A stretch of DNA of 64,000 nt from the human T2T-CHM13v2.0 reference genome, Homo sapiens (GCF_009914755.1 NC_060926.1), one strand, 5' to 3'. Counted from the first letter of the stretch, positions 1 through 17,659 are shown. Notes: generated by a model not told the origin, from the letters alone. Translations and numbers: made by a program.

Positions 1-267
1 TTTCCTCCCTGCTCACATAACCAGCAGTGGCTCCAGTGTTTGCACAGACTACCTTGACATCTTTTACACTGTGATCTTCATCCCATCACCATTTGAGGGG
101 TCCATCTGAATAGCTATGTATTACGTTCTTGTCATCTCCTGGAAATTCTTAAACTCTGCAGACTATACTTCTGATACTCCCTTCACGATAAAATCTGAAG
201 GTCTTCTACTTCTGGTGCAGTATTGGCATATGGATAAAATCAGGAGTTTTAAGGTGGTGATATAAAA

Positions 268-880
268 TCACTTAAGTTAGCTTCTCTGGTCTCTACTTTT
301 CTTATTTATAAAATGGAAATAACAACACTATGTATACCATAGGTAGGATCATAATACTATTTACCTTGTAGATTGTTATAAGTATTAAATGAGATCATTT
401 ATATGAAGTATGATATGGTTTAAATGTTTTGTCCCCTCCAAATCTCATGTTGAAATGTGACCTCCAATGTTGGAGGGGGGACCTAGTGGGAGGTATTTGG
501 GTCAAAAGTGTGGATCACTCATAAATGGCTTGGTACTGTCCTTGCAGTAATGTGTGAGTTCTGATTCTATGAGTTAACATGAGATCTGGTTGTTTAAAAG
601 ACCTGGGGCCTCCTCCCTCTCTCTCTTGTTCACTCTCTCGCCATGTGATATACCGGCTCCCCCTTTGTCTTCCACCATGATTGTAAGCTCCTGAGGTCTC
701 ACCAGAAGCCAAGCAGATGCTGGCACCATGCTTGTACAACCAGCAGAACTGTGACCCAATTAAACTTCTTCTCTTTATAAATTACCCAGCCTCTGGTATT
801 CCTTTATAGCAATGCAAAATGGACTAATACAAGGTACTCAGCACAGTACCAAGTAAGTGTACGAGAAATGTTAGCTATTC
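268..880 (+). mobile_element. MIR SINE relic interrupted by an MST LTR
   Basis: MIR core-like text (tataaaatggaaataac...gttataagtattaaatgagat) resumes after the LTR (ctcagcacagtacc...aaatgttagctatt). Confidence 0.7.
411..831 (+). mobile_element. ERVL-MaLR solo LTR, MSTB-like
   Basis: TG...CA ends (tgatatggttt...ggactaataca), MST-typical body, 5-bp TSD aagta/aggta. Confidence 0.9.
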
Positions 881-1849
881 AAAGTAACCAGATAAAATTG
901 TCTCTTTTTGTAGGTCACTGGAAGCTTCACATCCAATAGTATTATTTCAGTCTGATATTATCACTTCTAAGTTTCAAAAATGAAATTTTCATCAGCACCA
1001 AAACCTCTAGTCTATTGACTAGCATTGTGGTCCCAGGCCTTTGGCTTTCTCCATCTTTATTTCCCCTGTGGGAAATGAAGGTCTACCAAAAGACCTACAA
1101 AATCTACCAAATTTGGGGTCTAGAAAATCAGCCTCACATGCTCCTTATGAAAACTGTATCTTTATTTCCCTAAAAACAATCAATACTTATTTCTTCCTTT
1201 GTGTGTCTACAACTTGTTCCCCTTCTGGGGTACTTCATTCAGTCTTGGAGTATTACAGTGTGGACTCACAAGCAAGTGGTAGGTGTTTGCTTGTCTGTCT
1301 TTCCCACTAGATTGGTTCCCCTCAAGAACAGAAGCCACAGCTCATTTATCTGGTTATCTCTATCCCAGTACTGAATATCTAGAACAAGCTTATCTTGTTT
1401 GAAATGAAGTTAAACTACTGAGCAATGGATTTCTTTGCAAATAACTTATGCTGCTTCATGACTACTTAGAAATAGCTGATGATTTGTATCTTAACAGCGT
1501 TGATTTGTATCTTGAATTAAAATTGCCATGTCTGGAAACTGATGCACCCAGAGAAAAACTGAGATTTCATTCCTCTTTTATATTACCTTTGGTTACCTCA
1601 GGTTACTTATTTGGAAAAAAATAAATCTCTTTTTCATTATTCCATGAAACATTCCTTCAGAATATTCTATTATTAAAATATATACAAATATACACGTGTA
1701 TACACAAACACACACAATATATCATTCTTTTTAAAAAGTAATCATGAATATCTTCTTAAAGTAAGAAGTTAAAATTATGTAGAAACCTACATGGAAAATA
1801 CATGTACATATTTAATATGTAAGCTTTTTAATAAACATAAATGATACCC

Positions 1850-2135
1850 TATTATACATATTTCTTGACAATTTGATTTTTTCCCCACTTAATAATATGT
1901 CACAGAGGTCTTTCCATGTCAAGATACCAATAGCTCTTCTTCAATTCTTTAATGATGACTCGGGCTCCATGGTGTGAATGGAGTATTATTTGTTTGATTT
2001 TTTCCTTCCCTGTTGATGGGCACTTCACTGACAAATAACTTATCACTATTACAGATGCTACTGCAGTGTGCATTCTTGTGCATGTCTCTTCACACAAATG
2101 GATGAACTGTTTTCTAGGATAAATAGCTAAAGGTG
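1850..2135 (-). mobile_element. Ancient L1M (L1ME-like) 3' fragment
   Basis: Degenerate L1M 3'UTR motifs (ccctgttgatgggcac, cattcttgtgcatgtctct, tttctaggataaata). Confidence 0.6.
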
Positions 2136-4272
2136 CCCTTTCCTTTCAAATACAACCAAATTTCTATTAATCTAAATCACTGTCTCCTTCCTGTTCTATC
2201 CCAATGATTACTTATACTTTCAGTTCAGAAAGGCAGAGAATGATGCCCACAACTTCCCAGAAATGTAACTATCAGCCTTCAGAATCAAATTCACATCTCA
2301 AAGTCTCTCCTGCCTATAGAATAATTCATTTGCAAGCCACTCTGATCAATATCATTAACCCAGAACTCCCATGACCCCATATTATTCACAGCCTCATCTT
2401 AAGGGTAGTTCTCCATAGTTTTAAAAGTCTGTTTAAGGCAGGCAGGAAGACAGAACTCCCCTGGGTCCCTACAAAATGAGGGCTTATACAAAGTCCTGAT
2501 CAGGCACTGGGAGGGACACTCAAAAGGAAAGAGATGTAGAACCAAATAACAGAGGCAGCTAGTGTGGACAATCTGAAGCTACAATCAGTTTTTTCTTCAT
2601 CTATTTTTCTTCATTATCTCTTTTAGAATATTAAACTTTTTGCTCATGCTATTCTTGGCAAGATTGCCTGCCTAGTTCTGCTTGAAGTCAGTGTGGCAGG
2701 AGATGCAGAAACAGCCAAGTTGGGTGACCAAATTCACAAGGTGCACCTAGCTAGCGGAAGCTGGCTGACGCGTTTGGTCCTCTACTTCCCTCTGCCAATA
2801 GTTTGCGCAGATTTAGGAAGCTGCTGTCCAAGGCAGAGAGTGAAGGAGATGACGGAAACTGAAAGACAGGTATGACCTCTAAAAATATGCATATTTGTTT
2901 CCATTGATCAGCATCATGATACAGAGTTTGATAGGTTGCCTATCTGCCTGTGGGCTCTGCCATCCCACAAGGGCAGGCTCCAAGTCGAATCTACCTCAGT
3001 GGTTACCGCACCTAGCACCCACTACTAGATCTAACAATCTACCTTGTTATAATGCTTTCATTGGCACTCACTAACTATGTATCTACCTGGCCTAAGAAAC
3101 AAAATTGAAACATTTTGAAGTTATGTGTGAGAATTTCGTACCTTACAAGAAGATAGCATAGAAGGGAGGAGGGGAGAGGCAGGATTCGACAGTCCAAACA
3201 CTTATCTTTTACAATGATAAAAGATACATAATGGCTTAAGCATAATCCCAATGACATTGGAGAAAATGATACACAAACCTCTTCATCAGGAAAATACTGT
3301 TGTTTTTGTAGAAGATTGATACCGTTTGCTAAAAATGCCCTGAAATTATTTTGGTTTGTTATGGTACTAGATTCGATTAGTTTAATTTGGAAATCTGAGC
3401 CGGAACAAAATAATATTCTGGTTTTGTCTAACTGAAAGGGCAAAACCAGAAATGCTGAAATACATATGCATTGCTCATATGCACACACACACCCCCCACA
3501 CCCCCGCCTTGCATGTGTACGCACACACAAACACACAGACTCAGAACACATCTTAACCATGCCCAACTGGCTGAGCTCAGATCTTCAGATACAGTGAAGT
3601 ACATCCAAGAGGAAGCCAAAGGTGAAAAAGTGCCCCCACTGAGGAGTATCTGAGTGAACAGATTTGCAGAAAGGACAGGAGAAAGAGAAAGAGTCAGGAA
3701 ACTCATTATTGCCCAAGAGATTATGTATTTTCAAAACGGTAGAAAGGGCTTAAAAGGAGTATTTAGAAGAGTACAATTTATCAGATTTTCCACAATGACT
3801 GCCTCTGTGGAACTTCCCTGGAGCATTCTTCAGCTCTGTGTGATAAACCTGCCGTCCTGCTCATGTATACTCCACTTACCAGATATACAAGCTGCGCTAT
3901 AGAGTTTCAAGGGATATCACGCGATGTGTGCTTTGACATAAGGGCACGGTTATCCTGAATGTGGCTCATTCAGTGGGGCTTTGGAAGAGCAGAGGGCAGT
4001 GCTCAATGATTGAGGGATGCCCCCACCCTGTGCCTAGAATATGCCTGTTCCCAGCACCAGCAGGCAAAAACAAAACAAAACAAAACAAAAAAACAAAACA
4101 ACAACAAAAAAAACACTTGGTGTAAAACCATTTCAGGCATATGAAAACTCTGAGAGACATAATGAGCCCTCCCATTAATTCTACAACCCTATCTAGGCAT
4201 TCTGCTAACCTGGAATGCTTGGGTCTAGGAAAAAGAGCAATTCTTTGTCCAATGCTTCAAAAGATTGAGAAA

Positions 4273-5177
4273 GGGGAGGAGCCAAGATGGCCGAATAGGA
4301 ACAGCTACGGTCTACAGCTCCCAGCGTGAGCAACACAGAAGACTGGTGATTTCTGCATTTCCATCTGAGGTACCGGGTTTACCTCACTAGGGAGTGCCAG
4401 ACAGTGGGCGCAGGCCAGTGGGTGCGCGCACCGTGCGCGAGCCGAAGCAGGGCGAGGCATTGCCTCACTTGGGAAGTGCAAGGGGTCACGGAGTTCCCTT
4501 TCCAAGGCAAAGAAAGGGGTGACGGACGCACCTGGAAAATTGGGTCACTCCCACCCGAATATTGCGCTATTCGGACCGGCTTAAAAAACGGCGCGCCACG
4601 AGATTATATCACACACCTGGCTCGGAGGGTCCTACGCCCACGGAGTCTCGCTGACTGCTAGCACAGCAGTCTGAGATCAAACTGCAAGGCGGCAGAGAGG
4701 CTGGGGGAGGGGCACCCGCCATTGCCCAGCCTTGATTAGGTAAACAAAGCAGCCAGGAAGCTCGAACTGGGTGGAGCCCACCACAGCTCAAGGAGGCCTG
4801 CCTGCCTCTGTAGGCTCCACCTCTGGGGGCAGGGCACAGACAAACAAAAAGACAGCAGTAACCTCTGCAGACTTAAGTGTCCCTGTCTGACAGCTTTGAA
4901 GAGAGCAGTGGTTCTCCCAGCATGCAGCTGGAGATCTGAGAACTGGCAGACTGCCTCCTCAAGTGGGTCCCTGACCCCTGACCCCCGAGCAGCCTAACTG
5001 GGAGGCACCCCCCAGCAGGGGCACACTGACACCTCACATGGCAGGGTATTCCAACAGACCTACAGCTGAGGTTCCTGTCTGTTAGAAGGAAAACTAACAA
5101 ACAGAAAGGACATCCACACCGAAAACCCATCTGTACATCACCATCATCAAAGACCAAAAGTAGATAAAACCACAAAG
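4273..5177 (+). promoter_or_regulatory. L1 5'UTR internal sense and antisense promoter
   Basis: Intact YY1 motif caagatggcc near 4283 and CpG-rich first 450 bp. The length matches the short UTR of young L1PA elements that lack the 129-bp ZNF93-bound segment. Confidence 0.8.
4609..4722 (-). pseudogene. L1 ORF0, truncated to 37 aa
   Basis: MAGAPPPASLPPCSLISDCCAS...GPSEPGV followed by a premature TGA at 4611-4609. Intact ORF0 is 71 aa. Confidence 0.85.
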
Positions 5178-6194
5178 ATGGGGAAAAAGCAGAACAGAAA
5201 AACTGGAAACTCTAAAACGCAGAGCGCCTCTCCTCCTCCAAAGGAACGCAGTTCCTCACCAGCAACGGAACAAAGCTGGATGGAGAATGACTTTGACGAG
5301 CTGAGAGAAGAAGGCTTCAGACGATCAAATTACTCTGAGCTACGGGAGGACATTCAAACCAAAGGCAAAGAAGTTGAAAACTTTGAAAAAAATTTAGAAG
5401 AATGTATGACTAGAATAACCAATACAGAGAAGTGCTTAAAGGAGCTGATGGAGCTGAAAACCAAGGCTTGAGAACTACGTGAAGAATGCAGAAGCCTCAG
5501 GAGCCAATGCGATCAACTGGAAGAAAGGGTATCAGCAATGGAAGATGAAATGAATGAAATGAAGCGAGAAGGGAAGGTTAGAGAAAAAAGAATAAAAAGA
5601 AATGAGCAAAACCTCCAAGAAATATGGGACTATGTGAAAAGACCAAATCTACATCTGATTGGTGTACCTGAAAGTGATGGGGAGAATGGAACCAAGTTGG
5701 AAAACACTCTGCAGGATATTATCCAGCAGAACTTCCCCAATCTAGCAAGGCAGGCCAATGTTCAGATTCAGGAAATACAGAGAATGCCACAAAGACACTC
5801 CTCGAGAAGAGCAACTCCAAGACACATAATTGTCAGATTCACCAAAGTTGAAATGAAGGAAAAAATGTTAAGCGCAGCCAGAGAGAAAGGTCGGGTTACC
5901 CTCAAAGGGAAGCCCATCAGACTAACAGCGGATCTCTCAGCAGAAACCCTACAAGCCAGAACAGAGTGGGGGCCAATATTCAACATTCTTAAAGACAAGA
6001 ATTTTCAACCCAGAATTTCATATCCAGCCAAACTAAGCTTCATAAGTGAAGGAGAAATAAAATACTTCACAGACAAGCAAATGCTGAGAGATTTTGTCAC
6101 CACTAGGCCTGCCCTAAAAGAGCTCCTGAAGGAAGCGCTAAACATGGAAAGGAAAAACCGGTACCAGCCACTGCAAAATCATGCCAAAACGTAA
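5178..6194 (+). pseudogene. L1 ORF1p (RNA-binding protein), disrupted by a nonsense mutation
   Basis: MGKKQNRKTGNSK... to ...QPLQNHAKT. In-frame TGA at 5469-5471 where the consensus has CGA (CpG decay). Confidence 0.95.
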
Positions 6195-6257
6195 AGACCA
6201 TCGAGACTAGGAAGAAACTACATCAACTAACGAGCAAAATCACCAGCTAACATCATA

Positions 6258-9950
<3,693 letters not shown>

Positions 9951-11220
9951 ACAATGAGATCACATGGACACAGGAAGGGGAATATCACACTCTGGGGACT
10001 GTGGTGGGGTGGGGGGAGGGGGGATGGATAGCATTGGGAGATATACCTAATGCTAGATGACGAGTTAGTGGGTGCAGCGCACCAGCATGGCACATGTATA
10101 CATATGTAACTAACCTGCACAATGTGCACATGTACCCTAAAACTTAAAGTATAATAAAAAAAAAGAAAAAGAAAAAAAAAGATTGAGAAGCGGGTGGGGC
10201 AAGCCATGAGGGGGAAAGAAAGCAGATGAACGAACACTCTTTTTACAGAACAAATCCCTTTCTTATCAGTTCAACCATCAATCTTTAGTTTTCTGAACAC
10301 TGTTGCTATATGCTCAAATTGTCCAAGGTATGATGAGGGCATGAAGCAAGTAGAAGTCAGAGCCCAAGTTTTAAAAAGTTTTACTGTTGTCAGGGAAACA
10401 AGATTCATGCACATTAAAGTATTAGAGTACATTCTTTTTCTGTTTATGTACTTATTTCCAACCTCATTCCCCCAAAGGATTTGTGATTACTTACAAAAAT
10501 ACACACAAAAACCAAATGATAAAATAAATAAAAAGTAAACGGGGAGGATATAAGTGGGAAAATAATAAAACTATGGTCAAGATAAATACAGGAATATACA
10601 GTATGCTGTCCAGACTAGAGGTGGACTATAAGTTTTGAAATCCTTAAGCACAGGCAGTAAATCGCACTGGGCGCTCTATGCAGAGCCAACTGGTATGAAT
10701 ATGGCAGAGCAATGAGTTGCCAAACCTAGCTGTCCAGAAGTGTCACTTATTAAAGGCTTCCAAAAACTCCATAATGAACCTGAATTCCTGGGGCAGGCAG
10801 GCAGGGAAGGAATGCTGGGAATCTGCATTTTTAATGTCGTCAGCCCAAACTTGGGAACCACAACTGCAGGGATTTGGAAATAGGGGGGGAAAAAGAACTC
10901 AAAAAATCAGATTCCAGGAATTACGGTGGTTGTGGATCTGAAGCGGGGCCTCTAAGGTTAGATGGAGTTTAAATAGGTGGAGATGATGATAGAAGACATT
11001 CCCAGTAGAAGTGTGGGCTAGAGCCAAATCACAGAAGCAGGAAGGAGCCTGAGGCCATGAAGGAGACAGCATCATCCCTAGTCACCCTGGAGCAGTAGTA
11101 AGGGGACTTAGGACACTAATTTATTGCTCAACCCGCTCAATTTTGATCAAATCCCAAAAATAATTAAAGAGGCTATATACATAATAAATGAGTTATATAC
11201 AGAAATAGAGATGGTAAGAA

Positions 11221-11803
11221 TGTATATATTTGTTATCTATTGCTGTGTAACAAGTTACCACAAATTTAGTGGCTTAGAATAATACACATTTATTATCTCA
11301 CAGTGTCTATGAACCAGGAATCTGAGCAGAGCTTAGCTGGAACCTCTACTCAGTTCTCACAAGGCTAAAATCAATGTGTCAAGTGTCAGACCTCAGGTGT
11401 CTGGGATCTCATCTGAGGCTCTGGGTCCTCTCCCAAGCTCATGTGGTTTGAGGAAGAATTTATTTCCTTGCTTGTGGCTGTAAAGCTCATGATGACTTGC
11501 TTCTTCGAGGCCAGCAGCAGAATCTCTGAGGCTTCTAGTTTCTGACCTGCAGATAATCTTTTAAGGAGCTTGCCTGATGAGGTCAGGCCCACCCAAGAAA
11601 ATCTCCTGTTTTTATTCACTCAAAGTCAACTGATTAGGGACCTTAATTATACCTACAAAAGTCCTTCCACAATTGCCATATAATGCAGTCTAATCACAAA
11701 AGTGTTATCTGTTATATTCTCAGGTTCTGTCCTCACTTGGGGAGGGAATCGTACAATGGGGACCTGGATCTTAGTTTCCATCTTAAAATTCTGCTTTGCC
11801 ACA
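11221..11803 (-). mobile_element. ERVL-MaLR solo LTR, MLT1E/F-like
   Basis: gttatctattgctgtgtaacaagttaccacaaatttagtggctta...tcaaagtcaactgattagggaccttaatta...ccatcttaaaattctgctttgccaca. Confidence 0.85.
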
Positions 11804-13084
11804 AAGTACAAAGTAAAGATGAGAGAAAAATGTTGCAAAGGTAAGGTATATGAACCAACAGAACATTGGTAATTACACATGTCAATTTGGCTCTGAGCTT
11901 CCCAGCAGTTGAAGTACAAAGGAGTTATGACCCAGTGATTTCTTAGTACTCTGATCAGTTCCTAGTACTGACTTATACAATATATTTCTCATGTCTATTA
12001 GAAATCATGAAATACAGCATCAAAATAAAGTGAAAGATACAAAATGAAGTCAGATGGAATTTGATCCAAAATAACTCTTTGCCAAGTATGGGATATGTTG
12101 ACCCTACCGATACAATGGGAAATTGGCAATGACAAGAACCAAGTTCATTGGGGTGCTTGGTCAATATCAGGTACCATGGGCTGGTGATTGGGGTCCCTAT
12201 AAAAGAAATCAGCTGTGAAGACATACCAGGAGTTGTTCCAAGGCAAGGGGGGAAACTGAAGTCACACATGAACTGAAGTTACAAGTCAGAGGTATCTAGG
12301 TGTGGAGGAGATGAGAGCAGAAGTTGAAGCACTGCATAGCTACCAAAGAATCTTGCAGAAAGGTTACCCTTTCTGCAACCTTGGAAGTGTTCTTGTTGTC
12401 TTGGTGTTATTTGGCCACCTCCCTGTGGAACAACTTTTCCCCGGGACATCTTAAGGGCATCACTTGATCTCTGTCAGAGCTGATCAAACATCTCTGCTTT
12501 GCTTTACAATTCTCATAATTAGTTCTAAGCATTCGGTAGCATGAACTGCTTCACCCTGTGTTCCATTGGGACTCTATAATGAACCTGCTTTTGCATGCAA
12601 AATGCTGTTCTTTCTTCCACCGACTAACATATTATCTCTTTTTATGACCTCACTCAATTCCACCACTGTCTCCCTTCCTTGAATGGCTCTCGTCTACTCA
12701 CAGAGTCAGCACTGTCTGTGTAATTGCTCTGGCTTAAGTCTGGTCTTCTACAATCTGACTATCTGGTCCACCACAATGTCCTCTTCATTTTCTTTCATGT
12801 TCAAATTTCCCTGGAGCTCACTATATTGCATATACAAGGCTTATAGATCAAAAAAGCCTTGGAATCCTCCAGCTCACCTGCCTTTGCAATGAAGCCCATT
12901 CCAGCATTGTCTGAGGACTTCCAGGGAAAAGAATCTTTTTCATAAGTTCTCACCTTGTTTCTAAATGAACAAAAGTTCTTCCTAATATTAGACCACAGTA
13001 ACTTCTCTTTAACTTCCATTCTTAGTCATAGTGCTGCTTTCTTGAGTAAATTAAAATACCACACTTCCTTTCATATATTGTTCC

Positions 13085-13680
13085 TAGGAGTATAAATTGG
13101 TATAATCCCCTTGAAAGACTGTTGGGCATTAGATTTGAGATACTCTATTATTGCTATGTGTAGCAATTACACAAGCACTCTTAACATATATGTGTATATT
13201 TGTTTACCAAGAGACATGAGAGACATGTGCCAGCATATTCATAATAGAACTATGTGTCATGGTCCAAAATTGGAAAATATCCAAATGCCCATCCATAGTA
13301 GGAAGACTATATGGTGGCAGAGTCACACAATGGAATATTATACAACAATGTGCATAAAGTTATAATTAAACACAGCAATACAGATGAATCACACAAACAT
13401 AATTTGAAGGAAAGAAGCCAGACACAAAATTACACAAACCGTATGATTCCAATTAGATAAAGTACACAAAAGGCCAAATTAATCTAAGCCACTGGAAGTC
13501 AGTATGGTGGTTACCTTAGAGAATGTGACTGAAAGGGAATTTGAGGAAGGCTTCTAGGGTGCTGGCAATATTTCTTGTTTTGAGGATTAGTGATATGGGT
13601 ATATTCAGTTTATAAAAATTTATCAAGCTTTATACTTAGGTGCAATTATCTGTATGTATTTTATACTTCAATAAAAAAGG
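13085..13680 (+). mobile_element. Ancient L1M (L1ME/L1MD-like) 3' end
   Basis: caatggaatattatacaacaatg, aaagaagccagacacaaaa, gtatgattcca, gtggttacctt, ending atacttcaataaaaaag. Confidence 0.8.
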
Positions 13681-15982
13681 TTAAACATTTTCCTCTTCCA
13701 AATGTCCCACATAAATCTAATTTATTTAGCCATTTCTAATATGATATGGACTGTAGAATGTTCACGATTCTAGCCATCTACTTATAAAAACTTTTCATTT
13801 GTCAAACCTCTGATCATTCATTTGGAACTTAATCCTACTGATTGGTGTGTAGTATTCTTTAAACGCCCCACGTGGGATTAACTCCTTCTCCCCACTATGT
13901 TATGAAACCCATAAAGATAAATGTTTTCCCCTTTGATTTTCCAGTAGCATGTGTATTCAGTGTAGATTGTACACTAAGAAAATACTCATCTTCCCTTCTC
14001 TTCCTTAGCAAGTGCAGATGAAAGTGGAGATTGAATTTACATAGGACCTATTTGATAAACCAATTCAAGAATCTTTCTTTTTTATTTCAATGAAAGTTTA
14101 ATGCTAATGTATTCAGTGAAGCCAAGTTTTATTTTGCTTATTTTGCTCTCTGCCCTCAGGCTGATTGAGGAGTGACCTTTGCCTTGATTTATGACAGACG
14201 TTTGGGTATGGAGAGATGGAGACTACTATTAAGCAGATCCCTCTAAAAGATCTGAGTAAGTATTTCTTATTTCCATTCCTCTCATCTTCATTATTCATAA
14301 ATTCTTCCAATGTCTGAAACCCTTCCTTATAATTTTCTCTTCTCAAGAAGGAACATACTCATTTGGACAATGAGACAATGAGAAAGAAGTCTTCTTATTC
14401 CTGTAGTTAGTGGTATCATCCTTCCTGATAAGCTCAATAGAGGGTAAAATAAATGAGCAACAGAATACAAACCACATGCCTAGCAATGGAGAGAATTCTA
14501 GGTTCTAAATAATGAAATGAAAATAATATTTTTGGTGCTGATAATGCTCCTGGCCGATAGCTTGTCTTTCCAAAACAAATATCATAAGAGAAATCTGCAG
14601 ACATTCACATCATGAATGCGGTTTTTCTCTCTGCACACACACTCATTTGCACGCTTGGCACCTGGAATGCTTGGTTGGTACACAGTTTGCTGAAATTTCC
14701 TTTCCCATTTGGCACAACTTTTCCTAGATAACATTCATGAGCATCAGTCACCTCCACAAATAGCAAAGAGAGAGGCCAGCTTCTTGGCCACATTCATATT
14801 CCTGCCACCAGGACACCTTTATAACCATACTTCAGACTACACAAGCACAGCCCTCGCCTGCCCAGGTTTTCTATGTATAAAAAGACATATGAACGAAAGA
14901 GAGAGAGAGATAATGAAATTATGAGTCTGCAGATTCTTACCAAGCCTGTTGAGGAACTATCTCTACAAAATTGAAGACATGTCAGTCCCTTATAAGATCA
15001 TACAAAACATAGAGGGAAAATCTAAGAAAGCTACTCATGCAGAAACTATTTAATCAAAGGAGAAAGACAATTATAACATCTGTTAATCTTCTGTAGAGGT
15101 TATAATTAGATGCTTTGGAGAAACACCCTTTCAAGGGTGATCCTTTAACATCTGTTGTGAGGACACACAGCATTGTGCAGTGACGAATCACCTCGGCACT
15201 TTGGGAAAACAGGGGACTACTGGGATCACAGACACTGCCAGGGTCCCCAGGCTGCCCTTGCATGCAGCCCAGCCCTGAGCCCACTGCCCTGAGGTGGGGG
15301 CTTTCCTCCTTGGTGCTTTGATAATTGCCTGTGTTGTGAATCAGGCTGCAATCATTGTGTGACTATGAATAACAGGATCACAGCACTGGAAACGGCCTTG
15401 AGACCATCTCATCTTCTCCCCCTTCACTTTGCAGATGGGAACACTTGATCCTATGTCCTTTAGCTGGCTCATGGCAGGATTTTACAAATAGAATTGTTCA
15501 ATCTCTCTGTTCAGATTACTCTCCACTCTACCATGCTGCTTGCTCCTTTTGGTCTCCCTTTCGTTTGGCCTGTAATGTGGATGTGTTCTTTGTTTAATGA
15601 GATGAGCATTATAATAAAGTCCTAGGGCATTTGAAGATTATGGAGAGGTGGTCTTTTTCTCTGGTCTCTGGTTCATTAAGAGACACTGACCATGGTCCCT
15701 TCTTTGCTCTGGAGAGGAGGAGGAGGACGAGCAGTAGAGATAAATGAAGATGAGGAGGGAGAATAAGAGCAAAAGGGAGGAGAAAATAGGAGAGGTGAGA
15801 TGCAAATGGTGTAGAGGGAAGAACGAAGACAGAAGATTGAGAAATAAGGTGGCATAGACAGAGAGATGTGAAAGAGGAAGGGAGCAGCCAGGGAAGATGG
15901 TCCAGGACTACAGAAAAAGGGTATTGAATGAAGACCCTATAGAAGGAGTCACATCCTCCCTACACCCTTCTGACTCCGTTAC

Positions 15983-16106
15983 CTGCTTCTACTCTACTTC
16001 AAATTAGCAGTTCTACACACACAGAAGACCACAGGATTTGACAATTTTGCCAAACGAAATGCAGAGATGATAAAGCCAGGGGCATCACATAAACAGATGC
16101 AATGTG
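15983..16106 (-). other. Candidate 124-nt non-coding exon
   Basis: Minus strand reads T17-GCTCAG| as acceptor and CAG|GTAACG as donor, in non-repeat sequence. No transcript evidence is available. Confidence 0.35.
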
Positions 16107-16747
16107 CTGAGCAAAAAAAAAAAAAAAAAGCCCATATGGCAGGAACATAATAAAAGCACTCATGACCCAGAAGCGGATTGGGGGTGCACATTGTTCTCTG
16201 TAGTTGTTTTGGAGTGGCAAATACTCATTTGTGCCAAAATACTGAGTAAAGGGAACTGTTGACATTTGACATTAGGATTAAACAACTTCCTAAACCTGGG
16301 ACACACAGTGCTGTCCTCACCTCTCTCATTGCCCTAAGACAGTCACTGAAGTACAAGGGCCTACGTCGTCCTCAATGATAAGAGCCAATAATGAGAACAG
16401 TATTATTAATATGTATTAATAGTATTATTAATAACGTATTAATACTACTTACATGTATTGTGAGTCTATTTTGGTACAGGCACTTGAGGTAGCTTATCTC
16501 ATTTATTCTTCACGATGAACCTGTAAGAAGGTAATATAATCTAAATATGTGGCTCAAATAATTACTGTGTAATCTGGAACATATTAACCTCTTGGTACCT
16601 TGGTTTTTGCATCTAAAAATGGGATTAATAATAACGTCTATCTCAGTGGTCTGTTTTAAGGATTATATGAGACAATATGAATAGAAAGCACAATGGGGTC
16701 AGACACATCATACACATTTAATAAATACTGGGCAAAATCGCTGCTGA

Positions 16748-17020
16748 TTTTTTAAGAATCTCACAGCCTAGAGTGCAGTGGTGCAATCAGGGCTTACTGC
16801 AACCTGGAACTCTTGGGTTCAAGTTATCCTCCAATCTCAGCTTCCTGAGTAGCTGAGACTACAGGTGCACATCACCATGCCCAGGTAAGTTTTTAAAATT
16901 GTTTTTTTAGAGATGGGGTCTTGTTATGTTGGCCAGGCTGGTCTTGAACTCCTGGCCTCAAGTGATCCTCCCACATCAGCCTGAGTCACTGAGATTATAA
17001 GCGTGAGCCCCTCACCCAGC
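16748..17020 (-). mobile_element. AluJ-type SINE, diverged, within MIR fragments
   Basis: Antisense Alu dimer with J-type text (actcctggcctcaagtgatcctcccac) and small deletions. Confidence 0.85.
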
Positions 17021-17659
17021 TACTGTTGAAATTACTACATTTTATGGATGGGGAAATCATGCCTGACAAGGTTAAATAACTTGCCCAAAGTCAGTAGAGT
17101 TCAGAACAGAGATCAGAACCCAGGGATATCCAAGGATAAATGCCACATGGGTAAGAGCTGTAGTTATAAGCCTTCCATTATACTGTCTGCATTAATTGAC
17201 TCCAAAGATCAAATCCTGGTCTAACGTACCATGATGTCTCAGGAAAAGAATGTTTCACAGCATACAGGGCTCTAGAAAATCTCTAGCCCAAAGTAGGAAA
17301 CAAAAAGGCACATTACTAAGCTCAAGACATCTATCTGTTCCCACTCCTCTTGTCTTTATCAATAAGAAGATAAAAGAAATCCTTGCCCATTTTCTTATTC
17401 ATTTGCTCTCATACCTATAGAGCCCCCATTGGACAAATGCCATGAATACTGATTCTTGTACTATGGGGAATAAAGAGGTACTCACACACTTATTGAAAGT
17501 TAGGTATAAAACCCAATGCCAAGCTTTGTGCCCCGAGTCCACAGGCATTTTGACTGCATGAGATTTGAATGCCATCAGATGAGGTATAAACATGAATATT
17601 TTCGTAAGTATAAAAATGGAGAAGAGAAAGTACTAATTTAAAAATCAGAAAACTTGTGT

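Noticed and set aside
3075-3566. 163-aa minus-strand ORF
   Set aside because: Runs through CA-rich low-complexity sequence (CVC repeats) and has no recognisable domain.
16399-16446. AT-rich 22/23-bp repeat with palindromic character
   Set aside because: Low-complexity duplication at a MIR tail. Such AT palindromes are common by chance.
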